Shown one piece after another: positions 25,597 to 38,354 of a stretch of DNA of 63,672 nt. Below the pieces are notes generated by a model, which saw only the letters and a program-made list of their open reading frames with translations, had not been told where the DNA came from and searched no databases. Within the stretch, counting starts at the first letter, position 1. Each line of letters begins with the position of its first letter. This DNA comes from Octopus bimaculoides (Eukaryota), in the NCBI RefSeq assembly GCF_001194135.2, contig NC_068992.1, positions 8,405,743-8,469,414 on the forward strand, read 5' to 3'. The translations under genes and the position numbers were made by a program.

Positions 25597-26498
25597 ATAT
25601 ATATATGTATATATATACATGTATGTATGTGTATATATAACTTGTTATTAATGACCCTCTGCAGGGCATGGCATCTCACCATTTCTTTAGAACTCAGCAT
25701 GCTCTATTACACTTCAGCACCTTGGAAAATATACTTCTGTTACAACACAGGTAATCATTTGTTACAAGTGCTCTCGCAATGCTAATCAATAAGTACATAC
25801 AATGATTAAATAACATGAGAATAATGAGAGCATTTAATTTAATCATTTCGTCCTTTATTGAATTGTTTACTTCTGAAGAAATGGTACTCACTAAATTGTA
25901 CCTTTGAAACATACGCAAACGATGAGATAATAAAAGTAACCACTACTATTATTATCCTGCTATTTAATTATATATGAATGTAAAAGGTGCATGTGTTGCT
26001 ATGTGGATAAAAAGCTTGCTTTCCAACCATGTGGTTTTGGTTTAGGTTCAATCTCTACTGTATGATACCTTGGACAAGTGATTTCTTAAAGTTCCTGGCT
26101 TCAAGGGTATCACAAAAGGCCTCGTTGGAGGTCCAGCCTTCTGAGTTCTTTTACAGGGCTTAGAAAAACTGAAGGGACACTGCAATAAGTGTGTGAATCT
26201 TAGATGGGAATATGTTGGATAAAATCATTATTAACTGATTCTCCTGTATTTTCTTTTACCCAAAGCCAGGAACTTAAATCTAATTTGTTTTAATGTTTTC
26301 CACTATGTTACTCCTATTTCATAATATTCATCATTTAATGTCTACTTTTCCATCCTTGCATGGGTCAGATGGAATTTGCTAAAGTAGATTTTTCTACAGT
26401 TGGATGCCCTTTCTGCTGCAAACCCTCACTTGTTTCTAGGTATAGCTACATATTCTTTTTCTGTGGAAGACTGAAAATAAATAACCTCATTTGTATTA

Positions 26499-27065
26499 CT
26501 CTTTTTACTCTTTTACTTGTTTCAGTCATTTGACTGCGGCCATGCTCGAGCACTGCCTTTAGTCGAGAAAATCGACCCCAGGACTTATTCTTTGTAAGCC
26601 TAGTACTTATTCTATCGGTCTCTTTTTGCCGAATCGCTAAGTTATGGGGACGTAAACACACCAGCATCGGTTGTCAAGTGATGGTGGGGGGACAAATACA
26701 GACACACAAACACACATACATGCATATATATGATGGGCTTCTTTCAGTTTCCGTCTACCAAATCCACTCACAATTTACAACCATCATCAGACCGATCAGC
26801 CACAGTCAGATACACTGTGGCCCATCTTCTCCTATGTGATGTCTTTGGTCATCACCAGCAATGATAGACAAACATTATTATTAATATATGTATGTAATAT
26901 ATATGATAGGTTTCTTTCAGTTTCCATCGACCAAATCTACTCACAAGTCTCTAGTGGGCCCAAGGCTATAGTAGAATACTTTTGCCTGAGGTGCCACACA
27001 GTGGGACTGAACCTAACCCAAGACCATATGGTTGAAAAGCAAGCTTCTAAACCACACAGACATGC
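26499..27065 (-). mobile_element. Two SINE family A pieces (3' half at 26499-26770, head at about 26905-27065)
   Basis: Homology to 5913-6322. Confidence 0.75.
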
Positions 27066-27515
27066 CTGTACCTATTTTTATCTGGTCAATTACTTAGCAC
27101 AACAGAAGAAGTCATAAATACATACATATCTACTGATATTATTAAAAATTCTGGTCAAGTAATCATAGTAATCTACAATTAAAGAAGAAAATGTTGAAAG
27201 CAGATTAGTGTATATTTAATACATTGTGTCTTTATGACACAGCCACAGCGTTTCAGCTTGTATTACTTTCCCCTAACGAAACATGAGTTGAAACATCTTG
27301 GCTTATGTTGTAAGGAAACAATCAAATAGATAAATGCATAACTATATTATACATGCATAGCACAAGCATGGATGTATTGTAAGAAGTTTGCTTCCCTGTT
27401 ATGTGGTTCCAGGTTCAGTCTCACTGCATGACACTTTGGGCAAGTATCTTTCACTATAGCACCAATCTACTAAAGTCTTGTGAGTGAATTTCGTAAATGA
27501 AAACTGAAAGAATCC

Positions 27516-27553
<38 letters not shown>

Positions 27554-28036
27554 TGTGTGTGTGTTACTGTCTTCTTACCTTCACATCACGGCTGTAAATG
27601 AGTGTTGCCATCATACAAGTGTTGTCCTCATATCTGATTACAAGGAAATATTACCTTACTTGGAAACAGGTGAGGGTTGGTGACAGGTAGGGCATCCAAC
27701 TGTAGAAAATTCACCTCAGCAAATTCCATCCAACCCATGAAATCATGGAAAAGCAGATGTCAGAACAATGATGATGATGCTTACGTCTAGCATGGCAAGT
27801 TAGCCTTCTATGAATTGATAGCTTACCACAAGAAATAATCCCTGAATAAGATTATGAATGAACTATTAAGATTTTCTGTTCAATTCTACATTGAAAACAT
27901 CAGCAGTTAATTCATTCATAATACATCTCATTATTAATAGCATGAATTGACAGTTTTTTTTTTACTTTTTTGGTTTTTATTTGTCATTTAATATATTCTC
28001 TTTTTTTTTTTTCTCTTTTTTTTCTTAATATTCTAG

Positions 28037-28115
28037 ATGAACTGGCTGTACGTTTAGGAGAAGCAATAGAAGAATCTGAAGAAGAATCAATGTCCTGGTT
28101 TGAACAAATTACAAG
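28037..28115 (+). CDS. NCX: NCX-like exon, post-CBD2 linker: (D)ELAVRLGEAIEESEEESMSWFEQIT(S)
   Basis: ttctag acceptor, AG|gtata donor, phase 1 to 2; SW.EQ corresponds to NCX SWREQF. Confidence 0.88.
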
Positions 28116-28457
28116 GTATATTTTTTTTCTCATGATGCATAAGAAAGTTGTATTGCATATGAAATCATTTACACTATCCTGTTGTTGCTGTTTTACTGGC
28201 CTAAAGCAAGTTCACAGTGAACTGACTTACGATCAAAGACAATCCTTTCATGATCATTCTGTCATTTTTTTTTTTTTTTTTTGGCTATTTGTATTTCAAG
28301 TATTGCATATCTGGTATGTCCCAGTTCTTCTAATACAGTAGTGTGCAACTTGAGAGAGATTTGGCTATTTCTGGCTAGTCTAACAAAAAACTGAAGCACC
28401 CTCCTACCAACTTGTTTTTTCTGGAGTTGCTAGGCATCCAGTCAGTCAGAAATTGCC

Positions 28458-28639
28458 TTTACACTTTAGCATTCAGATTACTCTGTCAAATGTAATGCTT
28501 ATTTGTTAACATTGTTTTGAATTAATCATGCATTATCTCATAGCTTTGAGATTTCAATGATGTAATTTATTTTTCAAAATTACATTGTAGGCTAGGTATG
28601 AAAGGCCAGATCTGGCTGGTTTAAATGCTAAAGTGTTAA
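28458..28639 (+). mobile_element. TTAA-type MITE copy, internally deleted
   Basis: Perfect 13-bp TIR ACACTTTAGCATT / AATGCTAAAGTGT. Confidence 0.75.
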
Positions 28640-28870
28640 AGCTGGCTGCTTTGACCTGTCTTTCTTTCAGATGTACTCTCCTCGCCTTTGTATTCCAGGA
28701 CTCACCAATTTGGAAGCAGAACAGTGTATCAGTGCACATAGGTTGTTCTCACAATGATGAAGGTCCTCTATACACTGCTCCAGACTTTATTACTATAGTG
28801 AGTCCTTTTCTCAGTGAATGTTACAGGTGCTTTTCCAATTCTAAACCAATAACTTTGTGTGTGTGTGTGT

Positions 28871-29092
28871 TATTTCTTTATTGCCCACAAGGGGCTAAAC
28901 ATAGAGGGGACAAACAAGGGATTAAGTCCATTACATCGACCCCAGTGAATAACTGGTACTTAATTTATCGACCCCAAAAGGATGAAAGGCTAAGTCGACC
29001 TCGGCGGAATTTGAACTCAGAACGTAATGGCAGACGAAATACCGCTAAGCATTTCGCCCAGCGTGCTAACCTTTCTGCCAGCTCGCTGCCTT
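28871..29092 (-). mobile_element. Young tRNA-derived SINE (family B) with a Nin/Deu-like central domain
   Basis: Minus strand GAGCTGGCAGAAAGGTTAGCACGC...CTGAGTTCAAATTCCGCCGAGGTCGACTTAGCCTTTCATCCTTTTGGGGTCGATAAATTAAGTACCAG; CpGs retained. Confidence 0.8.
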
Positions 29093-29107
29093 GTGTGTGT
29101 GTGTGTG

Positions 29108-29141
<34 letters not shown>

Positions 29142-30072
29142 AGTAAGTGTTGTTATTATTATTAAGGCGAGAAAGGCAGTGAGCACGCAAGGTAAAATGC
29201 TTAGGGGCATTTTGCCTTTCCTACTTTCAGAATCAATAAAGTACCAGTCAAGTCCTGGTTTGGTGGTATTGACTTCCCCACCCCTCAAAATTTTTGCCTT
29301 TGTACCTAAAATACAAGCCATTATTATTACATCCTAAAATATTTTCCAAAAATTCACAAGTAGACAAAAACATCAAAGATACTTTCATTTTAATTATTGA
29401 AAACAGTTTTGGTAATAATAATTAATTAACTATTAGTCAATAATTAAACGGTCAAAATTTACTTTCTATGACATGTTGCAAATGATGATGCGTGGTGTTA
29501 TCAATTAGACTCCTTCAGATGTTTACAAGACTTTAGCACCAGTTCTATTGAATGACATCCATTTCTGATGTTATTTGCTTTTCATTTAATTGTCTCATTA
29601 AATGTTACAACACGTTTTCAATTGGGTTGATATCTGTATCTGGTTATTAAGAAGGTCAATACAGAAGCTCGAATGCTTTCACTTGAAAGCAAGCTATCGC
29701 ATTCATGATTTGTGAATTGCAGCTATTATTTTACAGAAAATTCCAACTCTTTAGAACTTTCAATAGTTTATATAATCATTTTTTTACTCTTTTTTCCAAT
29801 AGTTTTCACTATCGTGCCAACTTCACTTGTCATTAGTTTTACCAAACATTCTTGCAGTAAAAAGACCACCAATACTGTTATTTTTCTGCATTTCAAATAT
29901 ACCATTGGTCATGTATGTGTGTGATGTATATGTGTGTATGTATGTAAACACTGGAATGTTAACAATGAGAATAAAGAGTAATGAAAGTAGAGACTGGAAG
30001 TGCAGCCTTATAATGTAATTATTGAAACTGAGACTCAGAATTATAAAGTTTGAAGATACAGCTTAAACAGTT

Positions 30073-30116
<44 letters not shown>

Positions 30117-30519
30117 GCACGTGTGTGTTTATGTGTGTATATTTATATATATATTTACACACACTCACAGACACTTATGCATCATCACACCATCATCGTT
30201 TAACATCCACTTTTTCATGTTCACTTGGGCTGGACAGAATTTGTTAAGGCAGCTTTTCTATGGGTGGATACCCTTCCTGTCACCAACCCTTACCTGTTTC
30301 CAAATAAGGTAATATCTCCCAATGACCAGATTAGGAATGTGTTGGTTGCAACCAGGTCACATTCTGATAGAGTGAAGTGTAAAAGCTAGATGAGGCCAAC
30401 TCGTTAGACGTCTTTACCACTTAATGCTAGAATCCTTAGACACTCAAGATGATTCACATGGCTTTAAATACACTAACATCATCCTAACATCCAAGAAGGG
30501 AGATAGGAATAAATGTGGA

Positions 30520-30800
30520 AACTATCAAGTCATTTTTCTGCTTGCTATAGTCAGTAAGAAAATTTCTCAACAGACTGGATGATAAATATCACAGCAGAGG
30601 TTCTGCATGAACCTCAACAGGAATTTAGAAGAAGACACGACTTGGCTAATAGAGAACTAGAGATCTTTATAAGCCATGTCTGTCTCAAGCCAAGTGATAC
30701 AAGCTGAACCAATCATTATTGAAGAACAGGAACTGACAGAGACATGCCACATTACTTTTATGGGCAGTATAATTAATAATGATGATAAACTGAGTGACAA
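30520..30800 (+). mobile_element. Degraded RTE-like RT fragment
   Basis: IIIEEQELTETCHITFMGSII resembles the F.YLGS.I RT motif; many stops. Confidence 0.45.
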
Positions 30801-33009
30801 ACTTGATTGTAAGTGTGCAACAAATTCACTTACAAGGCTCTGGTTGGCTCAGATCCATAGTAGAAGATGCTTGTACTAAATGTCATGTGATAGGATTGAA
30901 TCCAAGACCATATGGTGGGGCAGCAAGCTCCTTAATCACACATCCATGCCTACATCAAGTCATACTTTTTTTTCCTAACCACACCTATACAAACATATAA
31001 ACAAATATGTGGAACAGGAGACATTGTATGCAATCTTTTGCCTACTTCCCAAAGGTATTCCACACAGGGGATCAGTTGGCCAGTGGCAGGTACGCAAAAG
31101 GTTCAAAACCTTTATGATAGAGTTCCCTCTGTACTCCTGCATGAGGATTCAGATAACACAGGTTAACTTTAACTCAGCACTGTTGCTATTAATGGTAGCA
31201 ATATGATATTACATTAGTAACAAGAGCTACTGCCAATATTGTTTTAATATTATTTGCTGGCAATGCCTGGGGATTCATTCCTTAGTTCAAATGAAAATGA
31301 GTTGCAGAACATAGAGACATGACAAGATCTAATCTGTTCAAGGACACCTCAAAGCTTTAGATCATACAAATATTTGTGAAAGAAATGCTGCTATTTGTGA
31401 CTTTTCTCTCTCGTAGTACAGTGGACATGCAAAGCTCGGTGATTGCTTTTGAAGTTGCAACCACAAAGTTTGATTTTAAAATTAACATCTTAAATTTCTT
31501 TATTAATCAAATCCAAACTTAATTTTCAAAAAAATTAATTCTAACCAATTGCAGTGTATTGACAGAACTGTTAGAGCATTGGAAAGATGCCTTATAATTT
31601 CTGTTCTGGTTCTTTGTGTTTTAATGTCAGTGCTTGCAACAATACTGGTTCCAAAAAAGGTGGTGAGCTGGCAGAATCATTAACACACTGGGAAAAATGC
31701 TTAGCAGTATTTCGTCTGTCTTTACGTTCTGAGTTCAAATTCCACCAAGGTCGACTTTGCCTTTCATCCTTTCAACTGTTGGACATCTGTGCTGTTATCG
31801 TTGTCCTCCAGCATCACTTAACAACTGACGTTAGTTCCTTTATGTCCCCATAACTTAGTAGTTTAACAAAAGAGGCCAACAATAAACACCAGACTTAAGA
31901 AAAGATAAGTACTGGGGTCAGTTTGTTTGATTAGCCCCTTCAAAGCAGAGCCCCATCGTGGCTGCAGTCTAGGTAAAATGTAGAATGAAACAGTGAAACA
32001 GGTAAACAACAGAATTTAACCAGCTTCTCTCAGACATTCAGATATTTAAATACGTGAAATCTAAGCAGCTGAAATCTGCTGGTAAATCACTCTTTCCGGG
32101 ACATTTATGAAATATAATGAACTGATTCAGACTTGATTAGAACAATAACATACAAACATGGTACATTTTTAGCACAGATTCTTACAGTTATTTCATATCA
32201 CTTTACCAGCTCATTACAAAATGCGGCTTCTTTACAGCTCATCGATTTTTCAACAAGAATCAATATCTTAGACATTTTAAAATAGTTTAACAATATTTTT
32301 GTTAAACTATGATATTTTGAAAAATATGCATTCCACATTTCAATTGCTTTTATCATATTTTAACAAACTGTCATCAAAGAACAACAATTTAAAGATGAAA
32401 TATGTGTATGATTTTATTTTTTATTATTAACTGTTTTTTCTCTCTGACTTTTTTAATTTGTTACTTGTTCTTATTAATTATTTTCTTTGAAATTTCCAAG
32501 TTACTGGTATCTGTAAAATATCAAATGAAATTAAAAAGAAAATAAATATAGAGTTAAACAGAGAGTAACAAAAACAGTAGTCTTTTGTTATTATATTAAA
32601 CATTTTTTACACAATAATTAATTATGAGACAGTCTCATTTATAAAATAGGGTGTTATTAGAAAGGAATGATGGCATATTTTCGCATAACATCAGTTAAAA
32701 CTGTTAATAATAACCAATGTTTCTAAAAATTTAATATACACATAATTATGAACATATTTATATCGGATACATGAAGACACGCATGCATATGCACATACAC
32801 TAATACACACATACACTCATACACACATATGGTCATCTATGTTTGAGAGTTAAAATTGCAAAACTATAGAAATTTATTTTTTTCTATTTTGAAAAATTTG
32901 GTTAAAACCAAATATTTGAGTGATTAATTGGCAGAATCATCAGTGCTTTGGATAAAATATCCTGAGGCATTAAGTTAAGGTCTTTTACATTCTACCACCA
33001 TAAGATCCA

Positions 33010-33450
33010 GTCCCTGTTGCTATGTGGTGACTTATGTGCCTCACTGACCCTGGGAGCAATGCCAATGGAGTACAAGCACCTGGTGACATCCCATGCTGGT
33101 CAGGTCAAAGGACAGAGGCCAATTAATATAGGTTGCCACTTTCCAGAAGTAAAAATGAGTTTACATAGGGCCACAACACCTAACTAGGAAACAATCTAAG
33201 TTATAGAAGCAACAGTGATTATAAGACCTGGGAGAAGATGGCCTTCTGTCAGGGAAATATATGAGACATCAGGCCCTGACCTGGGACCCACACGGGAGGG
33301 GGAAGAGAGGGCACCCTAAAAATAGCTGGAGGTGGGATACTGAGACAGAGCCAAAAAAAGCAGGGATCAAACTGGAGAAAAGCAGAAGAGACAGCCCAGA
33401 GTCAAGAACAATGGAGAAAAGTTATCAATGGCTCAATAGGGAGTAAAGCA
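33010..33450 (+). mobile_element. RTE-like LINE-derived fragment (3' end of ORF2, possibly joined to 5' UTR-like sequence)
   Basis: RHQALTWDPHGRGKRGHPKNSWRWD resembles the RTE ORF2 C-terminal motif; boundaries approximate. Confidence 0.65.
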
Positions 33451-34980
33451 TTTAAGTAACTTTTACATTCTGGGTTCAAATTTCCCCAAGGCCAGTTTTA
33501 TAACAGGTATAACTCAACAGACAGGCTTCTACACAGTTTCTGCCAACCTAATTTCCATTACAAGTCTGGAGTTAATACAAAGCTACAATAAAAGATACTT
33601 ATTCAAGATGCCATGCAGTGGTATCAAACACAAATTCTCATAATTACAAAGGGAACTTCTTAACCACACAACTGTGCTTGAGTCTATTGCTTCAGTTGTG
33701 GTTGTATCTAGGACTGAACTATTCAGCATGTCTCTTCACTTTTAAGATGTTACTGTATGATTTTGAGAAAGATTAATTATTGTTTCCAGAAGGTCACTCA
33801 ACAATAGCAATGTCTCTTCGAAACACAAGAGGTCACATTAATGTATCGACATATCTGGATATCTGTTGTGAATACATTAATTCATATATTTATGCTATCG
33901 TGACAGCTAATTTCCATGACAATAGGCATTTTCTTTGCTTCATGTTTCTAATGGCAATATTCAAGTAGCTGCAATATTTATAGAAGCTTCACTGGAATAT
34001 TTCACCTTTGTTATCAATTTCTGCATACGTTCTTGTTTGACCCTGAGTCAATCCTGATGGTGTGCAATGATGGTCAAAGGCATTCCAACCTTGATCGTCC
34101 CTGTCTTTTTACAAATTATCTCGGATTACATCATATGTCCTTTCCTTATTGAATATGGTATAATGTAATTTTGATAGAGATTTGCTATTATTTCTAGCAG
34201 TTTGAGTAACCATGTAGAGCAACAGTTCCAAGCCTGGATCAAATATACTTCAACCATGACTGTCCAGACTTTTTATTGGCTATCCAGGATTACATTATCC
34301 TTTCCTAATTGAGCAACTTACCGTGTGATTCAAGGGAGATTTGACAGCTATTAGTAGTAGTTCAAGCAACCATGCAGAGCAGTAGTTCCCAGCCACAAGG
34401 GTAATAGCAAAAGTGGGGTAGGGTCTGTGAGTTCTATTCAAAATTTGAAAAGGCTACACTGTCAAAGTTATTGATATCTTTCAACTGAGAGACAAAACAG
34501 AAGGACGATACAAAGACAGACAGGAAAACCAGGTCAGAACATTCGTGGCTCTCTGTTCATCAGTCAAGTTTTCAATTATCACTACAGTTTCAGCCAGTTA
34601 CACTTGAGATTGTTCAAAATTGGTAGGCCCCAAAAATCTAGGGCATTAAATTTTTGGAAGAAAGTGAGCAAATATATGCAACAACACGGGCAAAAAGAAA
34701 TGAGAAAATGTTACACGATTACAACTACAAACAACAAGAATAACAACACATGTCTTTTGACTGAAAGGACAAGTTCAGTTAAGCTGGCGTGTGAAGTGGA
34801 AGCTTGTCTAAGGAGAGCAAGCAGTGTAGTTGTTTGATTGTAAGCAACCAAAGCAACAACAATACCTTATCTCTCGTCTTCACTTCTGAGAGCAATTGAA
34901 TTTAAAACAGTCAAAAGACTTTATTTTTAGGTATAAAAAAAATGTGCTCAATAAAAAAATTTCAGTAGGCATGGCTTTAT

Positions 34981-35109
34981 AGTTCTATATTTAAGAGATG
35001 AGGAATTATGTACATTATTTACATTCGAAGGATATTTGTCCTCATCTTGTTTGTTGTTAACAACAAACAAGATGACAATGTATCCGTCGAATGTAAATAA
35101 TGTAAATAA
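34981..35109 (-). mobile_element. 5'-truncated, folded-back copy of the same retroposon with a 15-bp TSD
   Basis: 34981-35062 nearly identical to 16926-17015; inverted arm 35059-35110; TAGGCATGGCTTTAT at 34966-34980 and 35110-35124. Confidence 0.85.
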
Positions 35110-35110
35110 T

Positions 35111-35260
35111 AGGCATGGCTTTATGGCAGAAAGTTTGCTTTCCAGTCACATGGTTTTGGGTTCATTCCCCTGTGAGTCACCTTGGACAAGAGTCTTCTAT
35201 TTAAGCCCCAGACTAACCAAAGCCATGTGAATGAACTTGGTAAACAGCAACAGAAAGTCC

Positions 35261-35295
<35 letters not shown>

Positions 35296-35305
35296 NNNNN
35301 NNNNN

Positions 35306-35359
<54 letters not shown>

Positions 35360-35475
35360 TGTGTGTCTTTGTGTTTGTTAGTTCCCCACCACTGTTTGAC
35401 AACTGGTGCTGGTTTATTTACATCCCATAACTTACATCCCCATAACTGGACCAATAGAAGAAGAACCAGGCTTAA
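35111..35475 (+). mobile_element. SINE family A copy whose head was the target of the 34981-35109 insertion
   Basis: Head, (GT)n and ccccataact tail homologous to other copies. Confidence 0.7.
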
Positions 35476-35645
35476 GAAACAAATGCCATTATAACTATGG
35501 GAGTCAATTTGTTCAAGTAATCCCTTCAATGATTGAAACAAAAGATAATAAAACAATTTTTCAAAATTCAATGGGGCACAAGAGAAAATGCCTCTGTTAC
35601 AAATTTGAATGCTTTTAATTTTCTTTTGATTTTATTTGGTTTCAG

Positions 35646-35765
35646 TGCAATGGAAGTCGGTGGAGATGTCGATATGGCCACAAAGGCAGAATTAATGTGG
35701 TACGACTACATTTTACATTTCTTAACCTTCTTCTGGAAAGTGATCATTGCTCTACTACCACCAAC
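35646..35765 (+). CDS. NCX: NCX-like exon, TM6 region: (S)AMEVGGDVDMATKAELMWYDYILHFLTFFWKVIIALLPP(T)
   Basis: tttggtttcag acceptor, AC|gtaag donor, phase 2 to 2; DY.MHFLT.FWKV.FA..PP NCX motif. Confidence 0.95.
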
Positions 35766-35879
35766 GTAAGTATTCAGTGCTGACAGCATTTCAGAAATTT
35801 AACTCTTGAAAATAGTCAAATATATTGAAATAGCTAATGTAAATATTTAACATACTTAAACTAACCAGGCAGGAAAATA

Positions 35880-37188
35880 CAGGGGTTGGATGAAATAATG
35901 GAAACACCTTAAAATTTCAAACAGATTTATTTTAATACGGAGTAGGACTGCCTTTGGCAATAATTACAACTTGAATTCTACGAAGTATGGACTCATACAA
36001 AGTTTGAATTGTTTCTAAAGGAATTTTCGTCCATTCTTCAGCTAAAACAGTCTCCAGTTCTTCTAGTGATGTTGGTGTAGGATATCAGCTCCTTACCTGT
36101 TTTTCCAAAATGCACCATAAATGTTGAATAATATTGAGATCTGGGGACTGTTGTGGCCAAATAAGATGTTCAACTTCACAGGAATGTTCCTTGTGCCATT
36201 CAGTAACAACTTTAGCTGTTTGAATTGGTGCATTATCATCCTGAACAATTGCGTTTCCCTCTGGAAACAGTTCCGCAACCATGGGATGAATTTGATCAGA
36301 TAAAATGCTTAAATAGTCTTGACTATTAATTCTGCCATGAAGGGAAACCATTGGGCCAGTGGATTTCCAAGATACAGCCTCCCAGATCATCACAGATCCT
36401 CCTCTGTGTTTAACAGTTGGAAGAAGGCAGTCTGGGTCAAATGCTTCCTTTGGCTGTCTCCACATATACACTTGGTCAGTGGTCAGAAATAAGGTAAAGG
36501 ATGACTCGTCCAAGAAAATAACATTCTTCCACTGCTCTAGGGACCAATTCTATGGGTTTTTACTCCACTCTAAGCGCTTTGCAACATTNNNNNNNNNNGC
36601 TCTAGGGACCAATTCTATGGGTTTTTACTCCACTCTAAGCGCTTTGCAACATTTGTTTTTGAAAGTAGTGGTTTTCTGATTGCAGCCCTCCTGTGAAATC
36701 CAGCTTTGTTGCAGCTCCCGGCAAACAGTTTTTGTGGTCATTAAGCTCTGCAGTAATTTTGGGAGCTGTTTTTTTGCAATCCTTTCTAACAATTCACGTA
36801 AGAATCTTACTGTCCCTATCTGAAAGTTTTGGTTTTCTTCTGGAGTTTTTTGACAAGGAGGTTTTTCCCTCTTTCTCAAAGGCTGTCATTACATTCAAAA
36901 CAGTACTTCTTGATACACCAAACATTTCAGCTGCTTTCATTATGCTAGCACTTGCCATATGAGCACCAACAATTTGACCTCTTTGAAAGTCTGACAGATC
37001 CGTCATTTTAATGAATTTTAATTACCTTTTTCTGATGATATCTGAAAAGAAACAGCTATTTTAGCAAAACATATTAAGCAACATTTATAATAAATCATAT
37101 AACATAAAAATAAACAGGCTTTTGATGGTTTTACAGCTTTTCTCAGAATTATGATGCTAGGTGTTTCTATTATTATGTACAACCCCTA
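35880..37188 (-). mobile_element. Full-length defective Tc1-like DNA transposon in an NCX intron
   Basis: 30-bp TIRs (24/30 match) at 35880-35909 and 37159-37188, TA on both sides, transposase remnants inside. Confidence 0.92.
36085..37006 (-). pseudogene. Tc1 transposase pseudogene (HTH N-terminus plus DDE domain, D-36-E spacing, E changed to Q)
   Basis: MTDLSDFQRGQIVG... paired-like HTH; DESSF, KHRGGSVMIW, QDDNAP, WPQQSPDLNIIQHLW; stops and frame breaks. Confidence 0.9.
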
Positions 37189-37650
37189 TATATTGCTGTG
37201 TAAGGTATTAGCAAATATCCAGAGTCATTAAGGCACCAGAGAGGATGCTTTGTGGCATTTGCCATGGCTCCCTGTGTTATGAGTTCAAATTTTACCAAAG
37301 TCAACTTTGCCTTTTATCCATTCAGGCCGAATAAAATACCAGTCTAGAACTGGAATCAATTCTTCTTGCCCTAAACCCCTGCTCTTACTCCCCGCCCCCT
37401 CTGGCTTGTACCTTATAGTTCAAAGGCCCAGCTTTGTTCCAATGCCTTCAGAATACTCAGCGACCTCAGCACTAATTTCATGAATAGGAATTCAGGCAGT
37501 CAAATGGATGAACATTTATTGTTGAGATGGATGGACAATACACCTCCATGGCTATGTATGAAAATAAGCTGTTTTACTAAATAGTATTAAGTAAATGATG
37601 TTTCTATTGTATGTATGACTGGTATTTTTTGTTTTTTGTTTTAACTTTAG

Positions 37651-37726
37651 GAGTTACTGTAATGGCTGGGTAACTTTCATCAGTTCTCTCACAGCAATTG
37701 GTGTTCTTACTGCTTTTGTTGAACAG
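37651..37726 (+). CDS. NCX: NCX-like exon: (T)SYCNGWVTFISSLTAIGVLTAFVEQ
   Basis: ttaactttag acceptor, CAG|gtaa donor, phase 2 to 0; Y.NGW..F..S...IG.LTA motif. Confidence 0.95.
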
Positions 37727-37908
37727 GTAATTCAAAAGACTTTTTTTCATTTGATTTCTCAGAAATAGAAGATATTTAAATTCAAATAAAATATAAATAT
37801 ACATTAATTACAAGTGAATTAACTACTAAGCAAACAATTTGAAATAGAAAGAGCTTATAATGTCTTTAAAATCCTAATGTATTATTTGTGATCTTCTATC
37901 AAAAACAG

Positions 37909-38062
37909 CTTGGAAATCTTCTTGGCTGTGTGGTTGGTTTGAAACAAAGTGTGACTGGAATTACCATAATTGCTTTAGGAACCAGCCTTCCTGATACATT
38001 TGCCAGTCGTACAGCTGCCAGACATGACAGTAATGCAGATGCAGCTATAGGAAATATCACAG
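37909..38062 (+). CDS. NCX: NCX-like exon, alpha-2 repeat: [51 protein letters not shown](G)
   Basis: AG acceptor at 37907-37908, G|gtaag donor; [10 protein letters not shown] is the NCX alpha-2 signature. Confidence 0.97.
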
Positions 38063-38354
38063 GTAAGATATCTTGATATTCAAAGGCGGTGGTCCAGCAT
38101 GGCCACAGTCAAATGACTGAAACAAGTAAAAGAGTAAAAGAGTATTAGTTTTAATCTAGGTTACATTAAATCTAGATCAAGAATTTTCAACAGGTCAGTG
38201 CTAACAAATATTGGTCTTGCTTGTTTGCTCTCCAGATTTCTCTCTCAGACAAAATCAAACAAGTTTATATTATATTCCATCTGTTGTTACTTAGTCTCAG
38301 ATCAGCTCTCATTATGCACATATCAGATCAAATACATTCCAATTTTTTTTTTCC

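Noticed and set aside
28633-29142. 169-aa ORF
   Set aside because: Runs through a MITE end, a SINE and (GT)n; no domain signal
34535-34566. Minus-strand CTGATGA...GAATGTT
   Set aside because: GAAA core broken and no convincing stem II
36539-36650. ~50-bp direct duplication inside the Tc1 element
   Set aside because: Sits on both sides of a 10-N gap, typical of unmerged contig overlap; the same pattern occurs at 63313-63397
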